NCBI GenBank assembly: GCA_047150005.1
Contig: AP038806.1
Location: 2,624,001 to 2,688,000 of the forward strand
DNA length: 64,000 nt
Origin: Nitrospira sp.
GTDB lineage: Bacteria > Nitrospirota > Nitrospiria > Nitrospirales > Nitrospiraceae
Direction: 5' to 3'
Shown here: in pieces, positions 7,763-17,065 of the stretch
Layout of the letters: each line of letters opens with the position of its first letter
Numbering within the stretch: position 1 is the stretch's first letter
Program-made: the position numbers and the translations under genes
Notes under the pieces: model-generated
Told to the model about the DNA's origin: nothing
Databases searched by the model: none
Seen by the model: only the letters and a program-made list of their open reading frames with translations

Positions 7763-7926
7763 AGCAACGATGGTCGGGAATCAGAACCGGCGCCGAAGCT
7801 TACCTCGTTCAGCTACAGAAATCACTCCCCTGAATGGGGCGCTAACCAACTTGAGCTGCTAGAAGAAGGGGGCAAATGAGGGCCGGTCGTGTAGCAAGAC
7901 GGAGTCGCTGAAGCGATTCGAGATAC

Positions 7927-8082
7927 TTATGGCTTCTTCGCCACCACTTTACCGTTCTCCCATATATAAATCGGCGTGCCGTGCATCTTGGCGGTCTTGC
8001 GAGCTGCCTTCGCCGCTCTCCGGAGCGCACGTCCGACAGCCTGTACGAACCGTGTGTTTTCTGCCTTGGATGTGCTTTTCAT
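7927..8082 (-). CDS. Small basic protein (51 aa), putative partner of the zeta-like ATPase; below the ORF-track cutoff
   Basis: MKSTSKAENTRFVQAVGRALRRAAKAARKTAKMHGTPIYIWENGKVVAKKP; ATGA overlap with 8079-8612. Confidence 0.7.
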   Translation of the reverse strand: MKSTSKAENTRFVQAVGRALRRAAKAARKTAKMHGTPIYIWENGKVVAKKP

Positions 8083-8612
8083 GGGACTCTCTCCAACAAC
8101 CGCGGGGCATGCCTGGAATTATCATAGATTGTCCAGGCATGGGCAAGGGGTCTGTAGAGAGTATGGAAGTTCTTCCAGCTACGATCGAAGCGTCGTATCA
8201 CGTCGGCTCGTGATACGTCATGACCGCCTTGGCGAACGCGGGTTGCGATTCGTTGAAGAGCCAGGTGGACCGACGGCAGGGATAAGAACACGATCTCTAT
8301 TCGATAACCGGCGGCTTTCCATCGGCTTAAGAGGCGAAGGTACGTACGGCCGCTCAGGGTGCTTTCGAACGCAAAGCTTTCCAGAGACTTAACCAATCGA
8401 GAACATTCAAGCAAAACTAGTCGTCCTGCTCGTCTGGCCGCCAACTCTGGCCGAAGCGGCGACAGCCCGCCGGCAATCAGATCGGCATTCACAAAATGAA
8501 TCACGCGTTCTCGGACAAGAAACTCTTTCGCGAACGTCGTCTTCCCAGCGCCATTCGGTCCAGCGATGATGATGCAGCGTGGACGACGAGCGGTTCTGCG
8601 TCTGCTACTCAC
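8079..8612 (-). CDS. Zeta-toxin-like / AAA_33 P-loop kinase
   Basis: IIAGPNGAGKTT, FVNADLIA, FAFESTLSG, RVRQGGHDV. Confidence 0.85.
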   Translation of the reverse strand: MSSRRRTARRPRCIIIAGPNGAGKTTFAKEFLVRERVIHFVNADLIAGGLSPLRPELAARRAGRLVLLECSRLVKSLESFAFESTLSGRTYLRLLSRWKAAGYRIEIVFLSLPSVHLALQRIATRVRQGGHDVSRADVIRRFDRSWKNFHTLYRPLAHAWTIYDNSRHAPRLLERVP

Positions 8613-8623
8613 CTGGGTCTGTG

Positions 8624-9619
8624 TCAGCCCGCCACCGGCTGCTGGTAATCTACTTCGATCTTGAACCCCAGATCTTCAATCATACCCCAGACTTCGGGCG
8701 CGGGTGCGCCGGGGGTCGTCAGGTAGCCGTTGACGAAGACGGAATCGGCCGGATAGAGGGCCAGCGGCTGCAGGCTGCGGAGGTTGTGCTCGCGGCCGCC
8801 GGCGATTCGGATTTCGGTGCGCGGATGGAGGAAGCGGAACAGGCAGAGAACTTTCAGGCAGCGTTGCGGCGTGAGGTTGTCGCAATGTTCCAAGGGGGTG
8901 CCCGCCACCGGATGCAAGGTGTTGAGCGGGATCGAATCTGGCTTCACCTCTCGAAGGGCCATGGCCAGGTCGATGAGGTCCTCGTCTTTCTCGCCCATGC
9001 CGACGATCCCGCCGGAGCAAATTTCCAGCCCTGCCGCCCGGGCGTTCCTGATCGTCGCGAGGCGGTCCTGGAACGTATGGGTCGTGCAGATCGAAGCATG
9101 AAAGGCTTCGCTCGTGTTCAAGTTGTGATTCACGCGATCCACGCCTGCCGCCTTTAAACGCTTCGCTTGCTGCTCGTTCATGAGCCCCAGTGAACAGCAG
9201 ATCTGGATCGGGTTCTCCTGCTTGATGGCGCGTACGGCTCCGGCGATTTCGTCGATCTCGCGGTCCAGGGGGCTTCTGCCGCTGATGACGATGCAGTACC
9301 GCTGAGCTTTCGAGGCGGCGGCCTGTCGCGCGCCTTCGATCATGCGGCTCTGTGGGAGCAGATTGTATCGTTCGATCGGAGCGGTTGAGATAGAAGATTG
9401 GGAACAATAGTGACAGTCTTCCTGGCAGGCGCCGCTCTTGGCGTTCTGGAGCATCTGCAGGCGAACCGTGCGGCCGAAATACCTGGCCCGCACCTGGAAG
9501 GCCGCGTGAAGCAGGGCAAGGAGTTCGTCGTCCGGTGCGGTGAGGACGGCGAGGGCTTCCTGTCTCGTCAGGGTCTGATCGTCAAGCGCTTTAGCGGCCA
9601 GGGCCGAATAATCCGTCAT
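8624..9619 (-). CDS. bioB: Biotin synthase
   Basis: Radical SAM CQEDCHYC, NHNLNTS, CSGGIVGMGE, IRIAGGRE. Confidence 0.95.
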   Translation of the reverse strand: MTDYSALAAKALDDQTLTRQEALAVLTAPDDELLALLHAAFQVRARYFGRTVRLQMLQNAKSGACQEDCHYCSQSSISTAPIERYNLLPQSRMIEGARQAAASKAQRYCIVISGRSPLDREIDEIAGAVRAIKQENPIQICCSLGLMNEQQAKRLKAAGVDRVNHNLNTSEAFHASICTTHTFQDRLATIRNARAAGLEICSGGIVGMGEKDEDLIDLAMALREVKPDSIPLNTLHPVAGTPLEHCDNLTPQRCLKVLCLFRFLHPRTEIRIAGGREHNLRSLQPLALYPADSVFVNGYLTTPGAPAPEVWGMIEDLGFKIEVDYQQPVAG

Positions 9620-9691
9620 ACAAGGACCTTTCAATCACAACGAGAATCGGTTCTACCGGTCGATGACTCGGAATGTCGGAACCGAAGGAAA

Positions 9692-11089
9692 CTACACGGT
9701 TTCAAACGGAGAAGCAATGCCCGGATACGGAACCGCGCGGACCGGAAGGGGAGACTCTTTTCCCGCGGATACCACACCACCATCGAGCCAGGGAAGGGCC
9801 ACGAGGCTGTTCCAGCTTCCGCAACGCCGGCACCGTCCGGCCCATTCGGCGGTTTCCTGCTGGCAGGCGGTGCAGACGTACGGTACGACGACGCGTTTCT
9901 TGAACTGCAGCGCCTTCTTCAATTCCACCACCGCCTGCTCCATATGCTGCTTGCGCAAGTAGAGGTTGGCCATAACCTTGTGGTAGTCGACCAGTTGATC
10001 CTGAGGCCCTTCGATCGTTGACAGAATGTCGAACGCTTCGTCGACCATTTCGAGCCGATAGTACAGCTTGCCCAAATAGAATTGCAGCACGGAGTCATTG
10101 GGGTTCTGCTGGAGCGCGTCCTGATACGTGCGGATGATTTCGCTCGGCTCGCCCTGTTCGAGGAACAGCTCTTCCAGGCGATGCAGGATGATCACGTTGT
10201 GTGTCTTCGCGTAGACCTTTTTTAGGATTTCGACGGCTTGTTTGGTCTTGCCTTCCTGGATCAAGATTTCTCCGATGCCGATATAGGCCGGAAGAAACGT
10301 TCGGTCTTTCTTGATCGCGCCGCGGAAGTAGCGGCGAGCCTTGTCAGGGTGCCCCCGCTCCAGCAGCTGGCGGCCGACCTCGTACATGCATCCCGTCAGC
10401 AACAATGTCTCCGCGCGCCGTTCGGATTCGGGCAGGCTGGCTTTCAGAAGTCGATGCTGGATTTCCAGCGCTTCGCTCCATTTTTCGAGACGGATCGATA
10501 GGTCGCGCTTCCGTATCAGGGCCGTCAGGTTGTCCGGTTCGATCCGCAGGATCTTCTGCATGGTCTGGAGCGAATCCTCGTATCGCTTGGCGGCTTCCAA
10601 ATCTTTGGCCAACTCCAGGAGTATTTCGATATTGCGGTCGTCGATGCGATTGGCATACTGATGCAGCCGGATCGCCTCCGAGAAATTGTTCTCCGAGCGA
10701 TAGATATTGCCCAGCCAGAGCAGGGAATCGACCCGGTTGGGGTCGATCGCCAGGGCCTTTTCAAACAGTCCGATGGCTTCGCTGATGCGCTTGGACATGA
10801 AGGCGTGCGTTCCCTCGCGATGGAGCGCGTCGAGCTTCTCTTTCCGGCGTTGTAAGCGCGTGCTCCTCCACGTCCCGATGGCATGCGCGGTTTGCCTCAT
10901 GCCGACCGCCAAGGCCACCAACACCGCTCCGACGGCCATGGAAAAGATCACCAGCGTGACCGGGCTCAAGTCGAACTGAGAAGAAGGACTCGTATGGACG
11001 GTCAGCGTGCCTGGATTCAACTCACGGAAATAGCTGTAGACGAAAATACCCGCGCTGATGAGGAAAATGCTGGTGAGCAGCCTGAGCAT
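9692..11089 (-). CDS. lapB: LPS assembly protein B-like TPR protein with LapA-like N-terminus
   Basis: Two N-terminal TM helices, TPR repeats, C-terminal CTAC...CRRCGSW rubredoxin-like motif. Confidence 0.7.
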   Translation of the reverse strand: MLRLLTSIFLISAGIFVYSYFRELNPGTLTVHTSPSSQFDLSPVTLVIFSMAVGAVLVALAVGMRQTAHAIGTWRSTRLQRRKEKLDALHREGTHAFMSKRISEAIGLFEKALAIDPNRVDSLLWLGNIYRSENNFSEAIRLHQYANRIDDRNIEILLELAKDLEAAKRYEDSLQTMQKILRIEPDNLTALIRKRDLSIRLEKWSEALEIQHRLLKASLPESERRAETLLLTGCMYEVGRQLLERGHPDKARRYFRGAIKKDRTFLPAYIGIGEILIQEGKTKQAVEILKKVYAKTHNVIILHRLEELFLEQGEPSEIIRTYQDALQQNPNDSVLQFYLGKLYYRLEMVDEAFDILSTIEGPQDQLVDYHKVMANLYLRKQHMEQAVVELKKALQFKKRVVVPYVCTACQQETAEWAGRCRRCGSWNSLVALPWLDGGVVSAGKESPLPVRAVPYPGIASPFETV

Positions 11090-11092
11090 GGT

Positions 11093-11509
11093 CTAGGCCT
11101 GTCTGGATATGGCCATCCGTTTGCTGCGGGCCGGCTTTTCCGCCTCCGAATGGGACGCCTGTTCCTTTACCGGGATGCGCTTGGCATCGGCCCAGAGACG
11201 CTCAAGCCCGTAGTGCTGACGGGCGTCATGCCGGAAGATGTGAACGACGACGTCCCCATAATCCATCAACACCCATTGCGATGAGGCCTTGCCTTCGATA
11301 CTGAGGGGATTGGAGCCGGTCTGGGAGAGGATCCCGTCGACATGATCGGCGATCGCTCTGGTTTGTCGATCGGAGTCCGCCGATGCCAACACCAAATAGT
11401 CGGCGATCGAGGTCAGTTTGGCAACGTGCAGGACGACGATATCCGTGGCCTTTTTGTCGTACATGGCCTTTGCAATGGCAAGGGCCGTGGCCTTCGGTGT
11501 TCGTGCGAT
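11093..11509 (-). CDS. rsfS: Ribosome silencing factor; possible ATC start at 11509, first ATG at 11464
   Basis: DKKATDI, WVLMDYGDVVVHIF, YGLERLW; follows nadD. Confidence 0.93.
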   Translation of the reverse strand: MARTPKATALAIAKAMYDKKATDIVVLHVAKLTSIADYLVLASADSDRQTRAIADHVDGILSQTGSNPLSIEGKASSQWVLMDYGDVVVHIFRHDARQHYGLERLWADAKRIPVKEQASHSEAEKPARSKRMAISRQA

Positions 11510-11519
11510 CGGATTCCTC

Positions 11520-12230
11520 TTATTCGTATAAGTGATGCTGAAGTATATAGGATTCCACGGTGGGCGGCAATAGATTTACCACCGAAAGTCCCGTCCGGAC
11601 CCTTCTCCTGATGTCCGAAGCCGAAATCTCGCTCGGAGTGAGATGCAGACACACAATCCGTCGGTTTCCGAGGGGAATATCCACGTGTGAGATTGTGCCC
11701 GCATCCAGGGCCGCGAGCGACTCGCCGGGAAGGGCATGAAATTGATTCAGCCGAGTCAGTTCCTGAAACGAGGTCCCCGGTCGATTCATCACGACGAATG
11801 AACAGAGCTCCAACAGCGCATTCGGCTCTCGCCAGGTCGGAAATTCCAGGAACGCATCCAGTCCGATCAGGAAAAAAAAGTTCGTTTGCGAGCCGTATTC
11901 TTGACGGAGGAGCCGAATGGTATCGATCGTATAGGATTTCCCCGGACGGCGGATCTCGACGTCGGATATCGTAAGGCCGGCTTCCGACCCGATGGCCAGA
12001 CGGACCATTTCATAACGATCCTCGGCCGATGCCAGGTCCCGGCCCGATTTATGAGGCGGGTCGCCGGTCGGAATGAAGAGAATGCGGTCGAAGTCGAGGG
12101 CGCGCCGAATTTGCCGCGCCATGGTCAGATGGCCGAAGTGAACGGGATTGAACGTTCCTCCCAGGAGACCAAGCCGTAATCGCTGGAGCGAAGAGGCTTC
12201 TGGCCGGCGCCCGGGTTCTTGGGAACTCAT
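11520..12230 (-). CDS. nadD: Nicotinate-nucleotide adenylyltransferase
   Basis: GGTFNPVHFGH, SYTIDT, ISASDIR. Confidence 0.95.
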   Translation of the reverse strand: MSSQEPGRRPEASSLQRLRLGLLGGTFNPVHFGHLTMARQIRRALDFDRILFIPTGDPPHKSGRDLASAEDRYEMVRLAIGSEAGLTISDVEIRRPGKSYTIDTIRLLRQEYGSQTNFFFLIGLDAFLEFPTWREPNALLELCSFVVMNRPGTSFQELTRLNQFHALPGESLAALDAGTISHVDIPLGNRRIVCLHLTPSEISASDIRRRVRTGLSVVNLLPPTVESYILQHHLYE

Positions 12231-12240
12231 GGCTGAGTTC

Positions 12241-13362
12241 CTACAGCAGGACGAGATTGTCCCGGTGGATAATCTCGTCGTATTCCTGCGGGCCAAAACG
12301 CTGTTGTATGTCGACGGTCTTCAAGCCTTTCATGCGGGCGATCATCTCGGAGGAAAAATTGACCAGGCCCTTGGCAAATTCTTTCCCATCTTGATCGAGG
12401 CAGCTGACAGGGTCTCCCGCCTCGAACGAACCCTTGATGTCGATGATTCCGGAAGCCAGCAGGCTCTTTCCCCGTTCCGTGAGGGCCGCTACCGCGCCGG
12501 CATCGAGAAGGAGCTGTCCCTGGGGGCGAAGCGTGAAGGCAATCCATAGCTTGCGGCTTGTCATCCGGCGTCCTTTGGGCAGGAACAGGCTGCCGCCATC
12601 GCCGCCCGCGAGGACGGAAGGCAGGAGGCCGGCTTGCTGGCCGTTGAGAATGAGCGTGGCCACGCCGTATTCTCCCACCTTTTTCGCCGCACGGACCTTC
12701 GTCGCCATGCCGCCGGTTCCTTCGAACGTGGTAGACACACCGGCCCGTTGCTCGATGTCTTCCGTAATCTCAGGGATCAGCGGAATCAGCGTTGCAGCGG
12801 GATTCTTCCTCGGATCTTGGGTAAAGAGCCCGTCGATGTCCGACAGGATGACCAACAGGTCTGCATCCACAAGGTGCGCCACGTCCGCCGCCAAGGAATC
12901 ATTGTCGCCCACTCGAATTTCGTCCACGGCGACCGTGTCGTTCTCGTTAATGACGGGTACCACTCCGAAACCGATCAGGGCCGCCAGCGTATGGCGGGCG
13001 TTCAGGAAACGCCGTCGATCGGCGAGGTCCTGATGCGTCAGGAGAATTTGCGCGACCTTCACATTGAGTCGTTCGAAGGATTTCTCATAGGCCCACATCA
13101 AGCGGCTCTGTCCGACGGCCGCGGCCGCCTGTTTGACCGGCAGGCTCTTCGGATATTCCTTCAACGCCAGTTTCTTGATGCCGGAGACGATCGCGCCGGA
13201 CGAGACCAGCAGGACCTCGCGCCCGTCGGCGCGCAGGATCGAGATTTCGTCGGCCAGCCGGTCGATCCGATCGGGATGAAGTCCCGAGTCTCTGGACGAA
13301 ACCAGACTGCTGCCGATCTTTACCACGACCCGCTTGGCGGTTCTCAGGATTTCGTCGCGCAT
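12241..13362 (-). CDS. proB: Glutamate 5-kinase
   Basis: VVKIGSS, INENDTV, GTGGMATK, C-terminal PUA domain. Confidence 0.95.
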   Translation of the reverse strand: MRDEILRTAKRVVVKIGSSLVSSRDSGLHPDRIDRLADEISILRADGREVLLVSSGAIVSGIKKLALKEYPKSLPVKQAAAAVGQSRLMWAYEKSFERLNVKVAQILLTHQDLADRRRFLNARHTLAALIGFGVVPVINENDTVAVDEIRVGDNDSLAADVAHLVDADLLVILSDIDGLFTQDPRKNPAATLIPLIPEITEDIEQRAGVSTTFEGTGGMATKVRAAKKVGEYGVATLILNGQQAGLLPSVLAGGDGGSLFLPKGRRMTSRKLWIAFTLRPQGQLLLDAGAVAALTERGKSLLASGIIDIKGSFEAGDPVSCLDQDGKEFAKGLVNFSSEMIARMKGLKTVDIQQRFGPQEYDEIIHRDNLVLL

Positions 13363-14369
13363 CCAGTGGTCCGAAGGTGGTCGACCTGTTGCCCGACAAA
13401 TGAGACGAGTTCCGACAACCCTTCCCTCGTCGCGGCCGAAATAGGGAGACACGGATACTTCCGTCGCTTGCAGTACGTCTGTAACGTCTTCAATTTGCTC
13501 CGGTCGCCGGCGGCGTCGAGTTTCGTGGGGACGACGGCGAACGGGCACGCAGACAGAGATGCATCGTAGGATTCCAGTTCCTTGCGCATGACTTCGAAGC
13601 TCGTCACGGGGTCATCGGCCGCCCATTCCGATATGTCGACAAGATGCAGCAGGAAGGATGTGCGTTCAATGTGGCGCAAGAACTGAAACCCAAGTCCTTT
13701 GCCTTCGTGGGCGCCCGCGATCAGACCGGGGATATCCGCGACGACAAAGCTGCGGTCGGATCCCCAGCGGACGACTCCCAGGTTCGGGACCAACGTTGTG
13801 AAGGGATACTCGGCGATCTTAGGGCGCGCGGCGGAAATGGCCGCGATGAGCGTGGATTTTCCGGCATTCGGATACCCGACCAGTCCGACGTCTGCCAGCA
13901 GCTTGAGCTCCAGCTTGAGTTCGCGTTCTTCCCCGTCCGTGCCCCGTTCAAAGCGCGTGGGCACCCGGTTGGTTGAGGTGGCGAAATGACTGTTGCCTCG
14001 GCCGCCCTTTCCCCCGTGTGCAATGGTGACCGTCTCTCCGTCCGCGGTCAGGTCGGCAAGCACGTCCCCGGTATGCTCGTCATAGACGACCGTTCCCACG
14101 GGGACGGCGACCACCACGTCGCGTCCTGTCCGGCCGGTGCAATTGGATCCGCTGCCGGGCCGGCCGTCCTCCGCCTCATAGTGCCGTTGGTATCGGAGGT
14201 CGAGCAGTGTCGTGAGGCGTTGAGATGCCGTGAAAATGACGTGGCCTCCATTCCCTCCGTCTCCTCCGTCGGGTCCTCCACGGGGCACGAACATCTCGCG
14301 GCGGAAGCTGCAGACCCCGTCGCCGCCTCGCCCGGCTTTGACCACGATGCTGACTTCGTCGACAAACAT
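13344..14369 (-). CDS. obgE: GTPase ObgE
   Basis: MFVDEV, GGPDGGDGG, GYPNAGKST, DIPGLI. Confidence 0.97.
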   Translation of the reverse strand: MFVDEVSIVVKAGRGGDGVCSFRREMFVPRGGPDGGDGGNGGHVIFTASQRLTTLLDLRYQRHYEAEDGRPGSGSNCTGRTGRDVVVAVPVGTVVYDEHTGDVLADLTADGETVTIAHGGKGGRGNSHFATSTNRVPTRFERGTDGEERELKLELKLLADVGLVGYPNAGKSTLIAAISAARPKIAEYPFTTLVPNLGVVRWGSDRSFVVADIPGLIAGAHEGKGLGFQFLRHIERTSFLLHLVDISEWAADDPVTSFEVMRKELESYDASLSACPFAVVPTKLDAAGDRSKLKTLQTYCKRRKYPCLPISAATREGLSELVSFVGQQVDHLRTTGCATKS

Positions 14370-14488
14370 ATGGGCGTATCCTGGGAATGTGTCCGGTCAG
14401 TCCTGCTGAGAGAAATCACACGGGGTGTGAAGCCCCGCTGATGTCGCTGGACGGATGAGACGGTAGCGATGAAAAGGAAGGGCGTCGA

Positions 14489-14752
14489 CTACGAGGTCGT
14501 CGGCGTGGGGTAGACACTGACCTTCTGTCGCGCGCGGCCGCCCTCGAATTTGACGGTCCCCGTGATACGCGCGAAAAGGGTGTGGTCTTTGCCGAGGCCC
14601 ACATTGAAGCCAGGGAAAAACTTGGTGCCGCGCTGACGCACGATAATGGCGCCAGCCTTCACCGTTTCGCCACCGTAGGCCTTCACGCCCAAATATTGCG
14701 GATTGCTGTCCCGTCCATTTCTCGATGATCCGCCGCCTTTATTTGTTGCCAT
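14489..14752 (-). CDS. rpmA: 50S ribosomal protein L27
   Basis: GSSRNGRDS...[10 protein letters not shown]. Confidence 0.97.
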   Translation of the reverse strand: MATNKGGGSSRNGRDSNPQYLGVKAYGGETVKAGAIIVRQRGTKFFPGFNVGLGKDHTLFARITGTVKFEGGRARQKVSVYPTPTTS

Positions 14753-14772
14753 GAAGCATCATCCTTCTATGA

Positions 14773-15087
14773 TTAGGCCGTGTGGATGCCGGTGATCCGA
14801 AGTTTGGTAAAGCCCTGCCGGTGGCCTTTGGTGCGACGGTAGTTCTTGCGCCGTTGCTTCTTGAACACGATTATGGATCGCGTCCGGCCCTGATTGACGA
14901 TTTCTGCGGTGACTTTGGCCCCTGCGACCAAGGGTTGGCCGATGACGACACCCTTGTCCCCGTGGACCAGTCGAACGTCGCTGAGTTCGACGGTGCCGCC
15001 CACTTCTCCGGGAAGGCTCTCGACTTGGACGAGGCTGCCGTGTTCCACCCGGTACTGCTTGCCGCCAGTTTCTACGATAGCGTACAT
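14773..15087 (-). CDS. rplU: 50S ribosomal protein L21
   Basis: MYAIVETGGKQYRV...GHRQ. Confidence 0.97.
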   Translation of the reverse strand: MYAIVETGGKQYRVEHGSLVQVESLPGEVGGTVELSDVRLVHGDKGVVIGQPLVAGAKVTAEIVNQGRTRSIIVFKKQRRKNYRRTKGHRQGFTKLRITGIHTA

Positions 15088-15227
15088 GGACCCTACCCTC
15101 CGTGACAAAACACGGCTATGTATCACAGCGATGAGAAAAGTGTCAAGGCCATGTGCTTCCTTCCCCCTTTCGGGGGCTTTCAAACCCGATTCGTCAGCGG
15201 ATAGGATCCAAAGGCGTGGAGGATCCC

Positions 15228-15605
15228 ATGGCTACGGAGTCCCGGGCGAGGAAGGCAAGTCGATCGCTTTCAAGAACATTCGTTCTCAGGACCTACCGTC
15301 GAATCCCGACCTGGTGCACCTCCTACTATCTGAGCGGAGCCGCTATCGGGAAGGGAGTTGTGACGAACTTGTCGCGGAGCGGCATGCAGGTGCTGGGTGA
15401 TCATGCGCTCAAGGCCGGGACCGACCTCTGCGTTCGGCTCCATCTTGAGGAAGGCCAGCCGCCCATCGAGATCACCCGCGCCACCGTGCGGTGGGTCCGT
15501 GAACACGAATTCGGATTGCAGATCGACGATCAGACCGCCGTGGCAGCCGGACGCATCGCGGAGGTGCTGAACCACCAGGCCCGCACCGGCCGCAATGGGT
15601 GGTGA
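15228..15605 (+). CDS. PilZ-domain protein
   Basis: RxxxR (RTYRR) and NLSRSG motifs, ATVRWV...FGL; GGAGG RBS. Confidence 0.8.
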   Translation: MATESRARKASRSLSRTFVLRTYRRIPTWCTSYYLSGAAIGKGVVTNLSRSGMQVLGDHALKAGTDLCVRLHLEEGQPPIEITRATVRWVREHEFGLQIDDQTAVAAGRIAEVLNHQARTGRNGW

Positions 15606-15638
15606 TCTCGCCCGGCAGCACTCGCCACCCGCGCATTC

Positions 15639-15668
15639 TTGACGCTTCTTCCGACCCGCTGCTATAGT
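15639..15668 (+). promoter_or_regulatory. Sigma70 promoter of ilvE
   Basis: TTGACG-18 nt-TATAGT with TG extension. Confidence 0.6.
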
Positions 15669-15679
15669 CCGTTTCCAGT

Positions 15680-16591
15680 ATGGAACCCCAAGGCAAAATC
15701 TGGATGGACGGGGCGTTTGTCGATTGGGCGGACGCGAACGTCCACGTCCTCACGCATTCGCTGCATTACGGCTTGGCGGCATTTGAAGGATTGCGCTGCT
15801 ATCGAGGCAAGTCCGGTTCCGCCATTTTTCGGCTGCATGAGCACGTCGATCGGCTCTTCGACTCCGCGCATATCGGGATGATGACGATTCCCTACGACAA
15901 GAAGCAGGTCGCCGAGGCGATCGTCGAAACCGTTCGGATCAACAAGTTGGACGCGTGTTACATCCGCCCGCTGATCTATATCGGATATGGCGCGATGGGC
16001 GTGTATCCGGGCGACAATCCGATCAAATTGGCCATTGCGGCATGGAAGTGGGGGGCGTATCTGGGCGACGACGCGTTGGCCAATGGAATGCGGGCTCGGG
16101 TGTCCTCGTTCACCCGGCACCATGTCAATGTGTCGATGACGCGGGGCAAGATCTCCGGCTACTACGTCAATTCGATCCTCGCGAAGCGGGAAGCCAAGGC
16201 CGATGGCTATGATGAGGCCATCATGCTGGACCCTGAGGGCTATGTGTCGGAAGGCACGGGCGAGAACATTTTCATTGTGCGCAAGGGACGGCTCAAGACC
16301 ACCCCGTTGACCTCCATCCTTGAGGGGATCACCCGGAATTCCGTCATCGAACTGGCGAGAGAACGGGGCGTCGTCGTGCTGGAGGAGCGATTCACTCGAG
16401 ATGAGATGTATATTGCCGAAGAAGTGTTTGTGACGGGAACTGCCGCCGAATTGACTCCCGTTCGGGAGATCGACAATCGCCGAATCGGAAGCGGGAAGCC
16501 CGGCCCGATTACGACCGATCTGCAAAAGGCCTTCTTTTCCATCGTGCGCGGCGAGGATGCGGCCCATGCATCCTGGTTGACGCGCGTCTAA
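15680..16591 (+). CDS. ilvE: Branched-chain amino acid aminotransferase
   Basis: HSLHYGLAAFEG, YIRPL, EGTGENIF, GTAAE. Confidence 0.95.
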   Translation: MEPQGKIWMDGAFVDWADANVHVLTHSLHYGLAAFEGLRCYRGKSGSAIFRLHEHVDRLFDSAHIGMMTIPYDKKQVAEAIVETVRINKLDACYIRPLIYIGYGAMGVYPGDNPIKLAIAAWKWGAYLGDDALANGMRARVSSFTRHHVNVSMTRGKISGYYVNSILAKREAKADGYDEAIMLDPEGYVSEGTGENIFIVRKGRLKTTPLTSILEGITRNSVIELARERGVVVLEERFTRDEMYIAEEVFVTGTAAELTPVREIDNRRIGSGKPGPITTDLQKAFFSIVRGEDAAHASWLTRV

Positions 16592-16636
16592 CCCGAACTC
16601 TTTTCACGATTTCAGCGATGCCGTGACAGGGTCAGT

Positions 16637-16668
16637 CCCCAGGACGGTACGTGATTACCGTCCTGGGG
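16637..16668. terminator. 13-bp hairpin between convergent ilvE and secG
   Basis: CCCCAGGACGGTA-cgtgat-TACCGTCCTGGGG; no U-tract. Confidence 0.5.
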
Positions 16669-16700
16669 TCGAGTGTCCGGACTTGGTTCCACGGATCCGG

Positions 16701-17051
16701 TCAGTGACCGGATGAGGAGGAACTGTCGGGTGAGTGGGAATCTCCGGCGGGTTTGTCGGCCGGAGCCGGTGAAGCCGGAGGAGCTTCCTTCTTGTTCAAA
16801 TCGATAACGGTGGAAGAAAAGGTATTGCTCTTGGCCAAAATGGCCAGGCTCAGAGAGGTGATCATGAACACGGCCGCCACCACCACCGTGAATTTGCTCA
16901 AGAAGTTGGCGGGGCCGCGGCTGCCGAACACGGTCTGGCTCGACCCGCCGAAGGCTGCGCCGATCTCCGCCCCCTTGCCGGACTGAAGCAAAATGGCGCC
17001 GATCATCAGGAAACAGGCAAGGACGTGAACGATGATGGTCAATGTGTGCAT
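16701..17051 (-). CDS. secG: Preprotein translocase SecG
   Basis: ILLQSGKGAEIGAAFGG; two TM helices; follows tpiA. Confidence 0.95.
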   Translation of the reverse strand: MHTLTIIVHVLACFLMIGAILLQSGKGAEIGAAFGGSSQTVFGSRGPANFLSKFTVVVAAVFMITSLSLAILAKSNTFSSTVIDLNKKEAPPASPAPADKPAGDSHSPDSSSSSGH

Positions 17052-17065
17052 GCGGCTCCAGAATT

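Noticed and set aside
16592..16700. tRNA gene downstream of secG (a common location)
   Set aside because: No cloverleaf or TTCGA T-loop; only a simple hairpin
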